NCBI GenBank assembly: GCA_963770895.1
Contig: CAVYRF010000002.1
Coordinates: forward strand, 992,001 to 1,056,000
Length of the DNA: 64,000 nt
Reading direction: 5' to 3'
Origin: an uncultured Acidobacteriota bacterium
GTDB taxonomy: Bacteria; Acidobacteriota; Thermoanaerobaculia; Multivoradales; UBA5704
Below are positions 11,812 to 20,231 of this stretch, in pieces; position 1 is the stretch's first letter, and every line of letters starts with the position of its first letter. The translations under genes were made by a program, and so were the position numbers. A model generated the notes under the pieces. It saw nothing but the letters and a program-made list of their open reading frames with translations. It searched no databases and was not told where the DNA came from.

Positions 11812-13511
11812 CCGCGCCCGCACAGCACCCCGATCCAGCGGCCGTTCGCCGCCTGATCCTGGGCACCGCATCGCCGGTCGAGGCGCGGCAGGTCGTTCGC
11901 CACCTGCTGACCGGCTGCGGCCACTGCAATCGCTTCGCGCACGCCGCCGGCGCCGGCCCGACGGGCGGTGACGACGCCGCGGCGGCGTCTGATTCCGCAT
12001 CCACCGCCGCCCGCGATGCCGCCAACGCCCGCGCCCGAGGCTCGGCTCCCTCCCCGGCCCGCTCTCCCTCCCCGTCCGATTCCGCCGGCGATCCGCGGGA
12101 CGCCTCCAAGTACGACCAGGTGTTTGAGCGCATGAAGGAGCGCCTGCGCTCCGCGCCGCTCGGCGACTCGCCGGCCCATGACGCCGATGAGGACGCGCCG
12201 GAGGCGCCCGCGGCAGCCGGCGATGGGCGACCAGGCGCAGAAGCGGCACTGCCCTCGCCGGGTGCCGCGCCGTCGGGCACCCTCGCCATCTCCACCGCCC
12301 CCATCATCCGGCCCGGCCGCCCGGCGCCGGGCGCCGCGGACCTGGCGCGGCAGACGCTAGCCGCCGGCGGCGCCGCCGGGGCGGGAGCCGGCGCCGGCGC
12401 CCACGAGCTGTACGCCGAGCTTTTGGGGCACGACGCGGTGCAGGCCCTGACGCAGGTGCAAAGCACCCGGCGCTACGCCTATCTGGCGCTGTGCGAGCTC
12501 CTGCTGCGCAAGAGCTTCGGCCTGGAAAACGGCACGACGGCGGCGGCGGGCGTGGGCGACGCGGCGGCGATGGCGGCGCGCTGCGTCGTGGCGGCGGCCG
12601 AGGTCGCGGAGCTGCTCGACCTGGAAGTCTACGGCGCGCCGGTCGTCCAGGACGTGCGCGCCATCGCCTGGACCTATTTCACCGGCGGCGAGAGCATGCA
12701 GGAGGACATGCGCACCGCCGAGGTTTCGCGGCGCCTCGCCGCGCGGCTGCTCGCCGGCAGCGCCGACCGCGCACCCGGACGGCCGTCGCTGCTCGCGGCG
12801 CAGGCGGCGCTCGCCGGACATTGCGGACATTTTGGCGAGTCGCTGCGCCTGCTCACCGGCGCGGCCGGGTGCTATCGCCGCACCGATCAGGCTCACCTGG
12901 CTGCCCGCTTCCTGCTCAAGAAGGGCATGGCGCTGGGCAACGCCGGCGAAACCCAGGCCGCCGTCCGCCTGCTGTGGCGCGGCCTCGACACCATCGAGCC
13001 GGCGCGCGAGCCGCGGCTGCTGGTGTGGGCGACCCACAACCTCGCGTGGTTCCTGCACGAAGCCGGGCGCACCGGGCAGGCCGCCTCGTGCATCGAAGCC
13101 GCCCGCAAGCTCTATCGCGCGGCGCGCGACCGCCGCGAAATGTCGCGCTTGCGCTGGCTGGAAGGCAAGCTCGCGGCCGACTTCGGCACCGCCGAAACCG
13201 CCCTCGCCGAGGCCCGCGACGGCCTGGCGCGCGAGGGCCTGGCCTACGAGGCGGCGCTGGCCGCGATGGATCTCGCCGTGCGCTATGCCGGCGAGCGGCA
13301 GGCGGCGCGGATGCGCCAGCAGGCCGACGGCATGCTGGCGCTGTTCCGGTCGGATAGCATGTACGGGGAAACGGTCTTCGCCATGCGCTCCTTCCGCGAG
13401 CACGGCGGCGGCGACGACCCCAGCGACCTGTTGCGCGACCTGACCGCCTACCTCGACCAGGCCCGCCGGCCGCAAAACCCCAAGGCCCTGGCAGCCAGCA
13501 TTCCGCCCTGA
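11808..13511 (+). CDS. Zinc-finger (ZAS-like H-x24-H-x4-C-x2-C) + TPR-like protein; probable CTG start (track start is 12120)
   Basis: Frame open from 11769; AGGAGG at 11797-11802 then CTG at 11808 overlapping the helicase TGA; VVRHLLTGCGHC; REPRL and RLRWLEGK shared with the paralog at 50227. Confidence 0.72.
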   Translation: MTAPAQHPDPAAVRRLILGTASPVEARQVVRHLLTGCGHCNRFAHAAGAGPTGGDDAAAASDSASTAARDAANARARGSAPSPARSPSPSDSAGDPRDASKYDQVFERMKERLRSAPLGDSPAHDADEDAPEAPAAAGDGRPGAEAALPSPGAAPSGTLAISTAPIIRPGRPAPGAADLARQTLAAGGAAGAGAGAGAHELYAELLGHDAVQALTQVQSTRRYAYLALCELLLRKSFGLENGTTAAAGVGDAAAMAARCVVAAAEVAELLDLEVYGAPVVQDVRAIAWTYFTGGESMQEDMRTAEVSRRLAARLLAGSADRAPGRPSLLAAQAALAGHCGHFGESLRLLTGAAGCYRRTDQAHLAARFLLKKGMALGNAGETQAAVRLLWRGLDTIEPAREPRLLVWATHNLAWFLHEAGRTGQAASCIEAARKLYRAARDRREMSRLRWLEGKLAADFGTAETALAEARDGLAREGLAYEAALAAMDLAVRYAGERQAARMRQQADGMLALFRSDSMYGETVFAMRSFREHGGGDDPSDLLRDLTAYLDQARRPQNPKALAASIPP

Positions 13512-13613
13512 GCCAGCGCCCCGGCGCCGCGACGACACGCCGACCCGGCGGCCCGGGGAAGCGGAGCCGATGCCCCAGAGACCACCGCGAACCACCAGGA
13601 GACCCGCCGACCC

Positions 13614-14804
13614 ATGCCGCCACAGATCCCCGACACCGAGCTGCTGGCCCGGCTGGTCGGCTTCGACTCGACCAGCCGCAACAGCAACCTGCCGATCGCG
13701 GATTTCCTCTGCGACTACCTCGATCGGCCCGGCATCCGCGTGCACCGCAACCTGTCGAGCGCGGGCGACAAGGCCAACCTGATCTTCACCGTCGGTCCGC
13801 CCCACGACGAAGCCGCCGGCGGCGACGGCAGCGGAGCCGGCCCGGCCCGGCCCGGCCTGGTGCTGTCGGGACACATGGACGTCGTGCCGGCCGAGGAGGC
13901 GGGTTGGCAGAGCGATCCCTTCACCCTCACCGACCACGCCGACCGCCTGGTCGGGCGAGGTGCCTGCGACATGAAAGGCTTCCTCGCCCTGGCCGCCAAC
14001 CTGGCGATCGAGGCCAGCGGCGGGCGGCTGGCCCACCCGCTGGCGCTGCTCTTCACCTACGACGAAGAGGTGGGGACCCTGGGCGCCAAACGGCTGGTCG
14101 AAAGCTGCGCCGCGGCGCGCTCGCTGCCCTCCAACGCGGTCATCGGCGAACCCACCTGCCTGCGGGTGGTGCGCGCCCACAAGGGCCACCTCACCATGCG
14201 GGTCACCCTGCACGGCCGCAGCGCCCACAGCGGCTACCCGCACCTCGGGCAGAATGCCATCGAACCCGCCGCCCTGGTGGTGACCGCTCTCGCCGGCCTG
14301 CGCCGCCAGCTGGCCGCCGAGTCGACGCCGCACGCCGAGCTCTTCCCCGAAGTGCCCTTCGTGCCGCTCAACGTCGGCAGGGTGCACGGCGGCGCCGCCA
14401 TCAACGTCGTCCCCGACCGCTGCGTGATCGAGCTCGGCATGCGGCGGCTGCCCGGCGGCGACTCGCGGCAGCTGGCGGCGCGGGTCGAGCAGATCGTCCA
14501 GGACGTGGCGGCCGGCTGCCAGCCCCAGGTGGAGGTCCTCACCGACAGCCCGCCGCTGCTGGCGGCGAACGACGCGCCGGTGGTCCGCCGCCTGCTGGAG
14601 CTCAGCGGCCAGCAGGAACCGCAAACCGTCTCCTATGCCACCGACGCCGGATGGCTGCAACAGCTCGGCATGGATTGCGTCCTGTTCGGTCCCGGCTCGA
14701 TCGACGTCGCCCACCGCCCCAACGAGCACCTCCCCAAGGCCGACCTTGCCGCCGCTCGCCAGGTGATCGGTCAGGCGGTCGCTGCGTTCTGCGCCGAGAC
14801 CTGA
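13614..14804 (+). CDS. argE: M20 family acetylornithine deacetylase-like amidohydrolase
   Basis: LSGHMDVVP, GRGACDMKGF, YDEEVG, IGEPT, FGPGSI..AHRPNE. Confidence 0.8.
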   Translation: MPPQIPDTELLARLVGFDSTSRNSNLPIADFLCDYLDRPGIRVHRNLSSAGDKANLIFTVGPPHDEAAGGDGSGAGPARPGLVLSGHMDVVPAEEAGWQSDPFTLTDHADRLVGRGACDMKGFLALAANLAIEASGGRLAHPLALLFTYDEEVGTLGAKRLVESCAAARSLPSNAVIGEPTCLRVVRAHKGHLTMRVTLHGRSAHSGYPHLGQNAIEPAALVVTALAGLRRQLAAESTPHAELFPEVPFVPLNVGRVHGGAAINVVPDRCVIELGMRRLPGGDSRQLAARVEQIVQDVAAGCQPQVEVLTDSPPLLAANDAPVVRRLLELSGQQEPQTVSYATDAGWLQQLGMDCVLFGPGSIDVAHRPNEHLPKADLAAARQVIGQAVAAFCAET

Positions 14805-14808
14805 GACA

Positions 14809-16224
14809 ATGCCGCGACGCCCGGCGCCCCGATCGCCGCGTCCATTGACGCCCGAGGCCACCTTGCCCCCCGACCGCCTGCCCAGTCCCGAGATCATCGA
14901 GGCCGACCTGACCTGGACCGGTGAAGCGTTCACCTCCGGCATCCAGCTGCGCCTCGATGCCGCCGGCCGCATCGCCGAAGCCGGCCCGCTGGGGGCCGTG
15001 CCGACGCGCCGCCTGCGCGGCCAGGCGCTGCTGCCCGGCATGGTGAGCGCCCATTCGCACGCCTTTCAGCGCGGTCTGCGCGGCCAGGGCGAACGCTTTC
15101 CGGTGGGCGTCGGCAGCTTCTGGAGCTGGCGCGAAGCGATGTACGACCTGGCCGCGCGGCTCGACGGCGACGGCTTCGAGCGCCTGTGCCGCCACACCTT
15201 CCAGGAGATGCGCGCCGCCGGGATCACCACCGTCGGCGAGTTCCACTACTTCCACCACGATCGGGAAACCGCCGAGGGCCAGTCTCCCGACTACGCCATG
15301 GACGCCCGCGTGCTGCGCGCCGCCGCCGCGACCGGCATCCGCATCGCCCTGCTCAACACCTACTACCGCACCGGCGGCATCGCGCAGCCGCTGACCGGCG
15401 CGCAGCGCCGCTTCGAATCGCCCGAACCGGCCGTCTTCTGGGAGCAGATGGACCGCCTGGCCGCCAACCTGGACGGCCCGCTGCAAACCCTGGGAGCCGC
15501 GGTCCACAGCGTCCGCGCCGCCACCCCCGCGGAGCTGGGCGCGATCTACACCGAAGCCCGCCGGCGCAACCTGGCGATCCACATGCACATCGAAGAACAG
15601 CGCCGCGAGATCGACGACTGCTTTGCCCACTACGGCCAGAGGCCCATGCAACTGCTGCTCGCCACCCTGCCCTCGGCCCAGGGCTTCACCGCCATCCACT
15701 GCACGCACACCTCGCCCCAGGACATGGAGGGCTTCCTGGCCGCCGGCGGCGCCGTCTGTCTCTGCCCGCTGACCGAGGCCAACCTGGGCGACGGCCTGCC
15801 CGATCTCGCCCTGCCCCACCGCGCCGGCAGCCGTCTCTGCCTGGGCTCCGACTCCAACGCCCGCATCTCGATGCTCGAAGAGATGCGCTGGCTCGAATAC
15901 GGCCAGCGCCTGCGCGGCGAAAGCCGCGGCGCCCTGCGCGACGCCGGCGGCGACGTGGCGCGCACCCTCCTGCACGCCGCCACCACCGGCGGCGCCAGCG
16001 CCCTGGGCCTCCCCTGCGGCGAGCTGACCGCCGGCCGCTGGGCCGACTGCGTCGCCATCGATCTGGAGCACCCCAGCCTGGACGGCGCCGACGCCGCCTC
16101 GCTCCTGCCGGCGCTCCTCTTCGGCGCCGGCGACGACGCCATCGTCGCCACCGCCGTCGCCGGCACCTGGCAACAGCGCACACCGCGCGGCCAAGACCAG
16201 CGCGCCGCCAACCGCGGCCGCTAG
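14809..16224 (+). CDS. hutF: Formimidoylglutamate deiminase
   Basis: AHSHAFQRGL, FWSWREAMY, GEFHYFHH, HSVRA, HMHIEEQRRE, CPLTEANLGDG, GSDSN. Confidence 0.88.
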   Translation: MPRRPAPRSPRPLTPEATLPPDRLPSPEIIEADLTWTGEAFTSGIQLRLDAAGRIAEAGPLGAVPTRRLRGQALLPGMVSAHSHAFQRGLRGQGERFPVGVGSFWSWREAMYDLAARLDGDGFERLCRHTFQEMRAAGITTVGEFHYFHHDRETAEGQSPDYAMDARVLRAAAATGIRIALLNTYYRTGGIAQPLTGAQRRFESPEPAVFWEQMDRLAANLDGPLQTLGAAVHSVRAATPAELGAIYTEARRRNLAIHMHIEEQRREIDDCFAHYGQRPMQLLLATLPSAQGFTAIHCTHTSPQDMEGFLAAGGAVCLCPLTEANLGDGLPDLALPHRAGSRLCLGSDSNARISMLEEMRWLEYGQRLRGESRGALRDAGGDVARTLLHAATTGGASALGLPCGELTAGRWADCVAIDLEHPSLDGADAASLLPALLFGAGDDAIVATAVAGTWQQRTPRGQDQRAANRGR

Positions 16225-16324
16225 GCCGCGGACACCAAACCCCCGGCAGCCCGCCCGCCGCGAGCTGCCGGATCGAGGCCACCCGAGCCGCAAGGCTGGT
16301 GGCCACCTGTCGCGGAGGACGGAT

Positions 16325-16996
16325 ATGTGCGGACGCTACACCCTCACGTCTCCCGGTGAAGTCGTCGCCGAAGTCTTCGAGCTGCCCTTTGTGCCCGACC
16401 TGGCACCGCGCTACAACATGGCGCCGACCCAGGAAGCCGCCATCGTCCGCGTCCCGGCCGCGGGAGCCCCGCGCACCCTCGACCGCCTGCGCTGGGGCCT
16501 CATCCCCGCCTGGGCCAAGGACCCCGCCATCGGCAACCGCATGATCAACGCCCGCGCCGAAACCGTCGCCGAAAAACCCGCCTACCGCGACAGCTTTCGC
16601 CGCCAGCGCTGCCTGGTCGCCGCCGACGGCTTCTACGAATGGAAGCGACAAGGCAAAGCCAAGCAGCCCTACCTCATCCGCCGCGCCGACCGCCAACCCT
16701 TCGCCATCGCCGGCCTCTGGGCCGCCTGGCGCGGCGCCGGCGTCCCCGTCGAAACCTTCACCATCCTCACCACCGAGCCCAACGACCTCATGCGCGACCT
16801 CCACGACCGCATGCCCGTCCTCCTCGACCGCCGCGACTTCGCCGCCTGGCTCGACCCCGCCAACCGCGACACCGCCACCCTGCAATCCCTCCTCGTCCCC
16901 GCCCCCACCACCGGCTGGGAAGCCCTCCCCGTCACCACCCGCGTCAACAGCCCCGCCAACGACACCCCTGACTGCCTGGAGCCCCTCATCCCCTGA
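16325..16996 (+). CDS. SOS response-associated peptidase (SRAP, YedK/HMCES-like)
   Basis: MCGRY N-terminus, RYNMAPTQ, WGLIP, INARAET, GFYEW, HDRMP; GGAGG SD. Confidence 0.95.
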   Translation: MCGRYTLTSPGEVVAEVFELPFVPDLAPRYNMAPTQEAAIVRVPAAGAPRTLDRLRWGLIPAWAKDPAIGNRMINARAETVAEKPAYRDSFRRQRCLVAADGFYEWKRQGKAKQPYLIRRADRQPFAIAGLWAAWRGAGVPVETFTILTTEPNDLMRDLHDRMPVLLDRRDFAAWLDPANRDTATLQSLLVPAPTTGWEALPVTTRVNSPANDTPDCLEPLIP

Positions 16997-17108
16997 CCCC
17001 AGCCGCAGCGCCTGAACCGCCAGACACATGCAAGGTGAACGCTCAGCCTCCGGGCGGCGGGCCAGCCCGCACGCCCGCAAGCCTGCATGTCGGTGCTACC
17101 GTGCTGTC

Positions 17109-17351
17109 ATGGGCAAGCAGCTGACGATTCGCGGGGTATCGGAAGAGATCCAGAGCAAGCTGAAGAGCATTAGCCGAGCGCGAGGCCAGAGCGTCAACGC
17201 CACAGTGCTCGAGATCCTTGCGACAGCGGTCGGATTGGACGAGCGACGGCAGAAGCTGAGCCGCTATATGACGTGGAATCGGGAAGACCTGGCGGAGTTC
17301 AGCGAGGCTCTGACGGCGCAGAGGTCGACGGATGATCCCCTTCGGCGCTGA
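17109..17351 (+). CDS. FitA/Arc-like ribbon-helix-helix antitoxin (no adjacent cognate toxin evident)
   Basis: MGKQLTIRGVSEEI..KLK..SRARGQSVN..VLEIL; extended -10 TGcTACCGT 6 nt upstream. Confidence 0.7.
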   Translation: MGKQLTIRGVSEEIQSKLKSISRARGQSVNATVLEILATAVGLDERRQKLSRYMTWNREDLAEFSEALTAQRSTDDPLRR

Positions 17352-17439
17352 CGATGCCAGTCGATTGGTCCTCTGGCAGCCCCCAGCTGGGCAATAGGTC
17401 GGCATGGACGGAAAGCTGTTTTTCTGGAAAAATGGGGCC

Positions 17440-17712
17440 ATGAAGGCCACTTTCGAGATTCCTGACGATCTCTTCGTCGAAGTGAAGGTGGAGGCGGCCC
17501 GCCGTCACAAGAAGCTCAAGGAGCTGGTGCCGGATCTGGTGCGCGCGGGCCTGCGGGCGCAGCAGGCCGCCGGCCCCGTTTCGCGGCGGGACAGCGAGCG
17601 GTGGCTGGAGGAGTGGGTACGACTTGGCCAGGCGGCGCTCAAAGACCGGCCGCCAAGGCCGACAGCCACCGAGATCCTTGCCGCGGATCGCCGGCGCCTT
17701 GACGATCGCTAG
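17440..17712 (+). CDS. VapB-like antitoxin
   Basis: MKATFEIPDDLFVEVKVEAA...LKELV; directly abuts the PIN gene. Confidence 0.75.
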   Translation: MKATFEIPDDLFVEVKVEAARRHKKLKELVPDLVRAGLRAQQAAGPVSRRDSERWLEEWVRLGQAALKDRPPRPTATEILAADRRRLDDR

Positions 17713-18315
17713 GTGCTCGTCCTTGACGCAAACGTCTGGGTCGCCGCCTTCGATCCATCGGACAGATTCCACGATGAGAGCGTGGCGGTGTTTGCCACGG
17801 CGGCGCGCGGCGGCCTGCGGCTGGCAGGTCCGGCGTTCCTGGCGCTGGAATCGATTTGTGCCCTCAATCGGCGCCTGGGCAATCCGACGTTCGCGGCAGC
17901 GGCCGCCGCGCAGATCGCGAACCATCCGGCGCTGTACCTTCAGCCACTCGACGAAGAGCTCCTTGCTGACGCTCAACGACTTGGGGTCGAACGCCGATTG
18001 CGGGGCGCCGACGCGCTCTACCTGGCGACTGCGGTGCGGTTGGGTTGCCCGCTCCTGTCCTGGGATGCGGAGCTGCAGTCCCGCGGCGGGGCGTGGTCGC
18101 CGCGCGATTGGCTGGAGCGGCAGTCAGGAGTGCAGCAGGTAGACGGCGGCGAACAGGGCGAGCATGGTGAAGATGAGGGCAAGGTTGCCGGCGGCGGCCA
18201 GGATGAGGCCGAACCAGGCGGCCAGGCCGGCGCGGCCGGCGCGGCGCAGGTCGCGGCGGGCGATGAGCTCGCCGGTGAAGGCGCCGACGAAGGGGCCGAG
18301 CAGGACGCCGGGTAG
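17713..18315 (+). CDS. VapC-like PIN-domain toxin (C-terminal extension overlaps the antisense gene)
   Basis: LVLDANVWV, D.FH, LRGADALYLATA, LLSWDAEL. Confidence 0.82.
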   Translation: MLVLDANVWVAAFDPSDRFHDESVAVFATAARGGLRLAGPAFLALESICALNRRLGNPTFAAAAAAQIANHPALYLQPLDEELLADAQRLGVERRLRGADALYLATAVRLGCPLLSWDAELQSRGGAWSPRDWLERQSGVQQVDGGEQGEHGEDEGKVAGGGQDEAEPGGQAGAAGAAQVAAGDELAGEGADEGAEQDAG

Positions 18316-18630
18316 GGAGAAGAAGAGCCCTGCCAGGCCGCCGATGAAGGCGCCGGCGAGGGCGAGCCGGCTGGCGCCGACGCGGCGGGCGCCGTGGCGC
18401 GCGGCCCACAGGTCGATGACGAAGTGGCAGAGGGCCAGGATGCCCAGCAGCGTGAGGGTCACCCAACCGACTTTCTGAAAGTCGTCGATGGACGCGGCGA
18501 CGAGCAGCCCCGCGAAGACCAGCGGCGCGCCCGGTATCGCCGGGACGACGGTGCCGGCGATGCCGCCGGCGACCAGCGCGCCGGCGAGCAGCCACAGCAG
18601 CGGCGCCATCTGCGGATCGGGCGTCGCCAT
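18124..18630 (-). CDS. DUF456 family membrane protein
   Basis: GIAGTVVPAIPG, GARRVGASR, LGPFVGAFTGEL; alternative GTG start at 18654. Confidence 0.85.
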   Translation of the reverse strand: MATPDPQMAPLLWLLAGALVAGGIAGTVVPAIPGAPLVFAGLLVAASIDDFQKVGWVTLTLLGILALCHFVIDLWAARHGARRVGASRLALAGAFIGGLAGLFFSLPGVLLGPFVGAFTGELIARRDLRRAGRAGLAAWFGLILAAAGNLALIFTMLALFAAVYLLHS

Positions 18631-18650
18631 GGCAACCCAGGCCAGGACGG

Positions 18651-19391
18651 TCACACGCCCGCCTCGGCGCCACGCTGTTGGCGCCTCGCGGTCAGCCGGC
18701 GGTAAAGGCGGTCGAAGCGGCGGCGGTGCAGGTTGGCGTCGGCGAAGTCGTAGTGGTTGGGGAGGATGCGGCCAGGGGCCAGGGCGGCCACCCGGTCCAG
18801 GCTGGCGGGGATCAGGCGGGGGACGCTGTTGAGGATGGGCGGCGGCAGGTTGAGATTGAAAAAGTAGCTGGCAAAGAGGTCGCCCGCGAACAGCAGGTCG
18901 TGCCGCTCGCTGTAGAACCCGCAGTGTCCCTCGGTGTGGCCGGGCAGGTGGACGACGCGCAAGCCGCCCCAATAGGGCAGCAGGTCGCCGTCTGCGAAGT
19001 GGCCGGCGAGCGGCGCCGCGCGATAGCGCAGCACGGCGCGCCCGAACGCTTCCAGCCGCCCGCACCAGCGGCTCACGCCCTGGTAGGGGTAGGTGCCGCG
19101 GACGTGCAGCTCCTCCTTTTCGTGGGCGAAGGCCGGGGCGCCGGTCCAGCGGCAGATCGGCGACAGGTTGCCGGCGTGGTCCAGATGGCCGTGGGTGAGC
19201 AGGACGGCCTGGACCGCCTGCGGCGCCAGCCCGAGCCGGCGCAAGCGGCGCCGCAGCCCGCGCACTTCGCCGTACAGGCCGGTGTCGATCAGGCAGGCGC
19301 CGGTATCGTCCACCAACAGGTGGCAGATGCCCAGCACCCCGCGGATGGGATACAGACCGGCAGGGAGCGGCGGCACCATCGCGCGCCTCAC
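18651..19391 (-). CDS. MBL-fold metallo-hydrolase
   Basis: LIDTG, THGHLDHAG, PGHTEGH, FAGD. Confidence 0.88.
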   Translation of the reverse strand: MRRAMVPPLPAGLYPIRGVLGICHLLVDDTGACLIDTGLYGEVRGLRRRLRRLGLAPQAVQAVLLTHGHLDHAGNLSPICRWTGAPAFAHEKEELHVRGTYPYQGVSRWCGRLEAFGRAVLRYRAAPLAGHFADGDLLPYWGGLRVVHLPGHTEGHCGFYSERHDLLFAGDLFASYFFNLNLPPPILNSVPRLIPASLDRVAALAPGRILPNHYDFADANLHRRRFDRLYRRLTARRQQRGAEAGV

Positions 19392-20212
19392 CGCCCGCCC
19401 GCGGGCGGCGGCGGGTTGGCCGGCGGCGCCGCGGCCGGCGGCGGCACGCTGGGCGACGGCGGAGCCGCGCCGGGAAGCGGCGTGGCGCCGGACGGCGGCG
19501 AAGGCGCGCCGCGAGGCGGGGTGGCGCCGGGCGAAGACGGCGCGGCGGCCGAGCCGCGCGCGGCGGGCGGCGCCGCCGCGGGCGCCATGGTGAAGCCCAG
19601 CTGGCGCAGGAAGCCGGCCTGGTCGTTGAGCACGAAGGCCGAGTCGATGCGGCCGCCATGCATGTGGAAAAAGGCCACGCCGTCGAGCGCCACGGTGGGC
19701 GGCGCGGGCTTGCCCGGCAGCGGCCGGGGGGTGCCCAGGACCAGGTAGTGCACCGCCACGCGATCGTCTTCGGCGGTCAGCTCCTGCGGGTCGTACTCGA
19801 CGGTGGCAAACACCGTGCGCACGCGCTGCGCCGCCTGCCGCGCGGCGTCCAGGCCGCGCGCGTTGGGCGCCGCCGGCGAGCGGTCGACAAAGGTCTTGGC
19901 GACGATCTGGTCCAGCTGGTCGAGCCGCCCGGCGGCCAGCACCTCGGTCAGATATCGCCGCGCCAGCAGCTTGTTCTCCTGCCGGTGGTCGGCGGCAGGG
20001 GCGGTCTTGGCGCCGGCGGCGGGCAGCGCCGGCGCGGGGGCGACGGCGGCCGTGCTCGGCGGGGTCGCCACGGCAGGCGCGGCGGCGGCGATCGGCGCGG
20101 CGCCGCGGATGACCAGGGTGAGGAGCAGCAGCGCAAGCGAGGCCGGCGCGGCCAGACGGCGCGCGCGCGGGCGGCGAGCTGGGATCGGCCGGCGGGGGCT
20201 GCCCGGAGTCAC
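19388..20212 (-). CDS. Secreted SnoaL/NTF2-like (ester cyclase-like) protein
   Basis: Signal-like LALLLLTLV; ENKLLARRYLTEV..GRLD; AEDDRVAV; GGRI; QLG; start uncertain. Confidence 0.65.
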   Translation of the reverse strand: MTPGSPRRPIPARRPRARRLAAPASLALLLLTLVIRGAAPIAAAAPAVATPPSTAAVAPAPALPAAGAKTAPAADHRQENKLLARRYLTEVLAAGRLDQLDQIVAKTFVDRSPAAPNARGLDAARQAAQRVRTVFATVEYDPQELTAEDDRVAVHYLVLGTPRPLPGKPAPPTVALDGVAFFHMHGGRIDSAFVLNDQAGFLRQLGFTMAPAAAPPAARGSAAAPSSPGATPPRGAPSPPSGATPLPGAAPPSPSVPPPAAAPPANPPPPAGGR

Positions 20213-20231
20213 GATGCCCGGCTCCCCCGGC

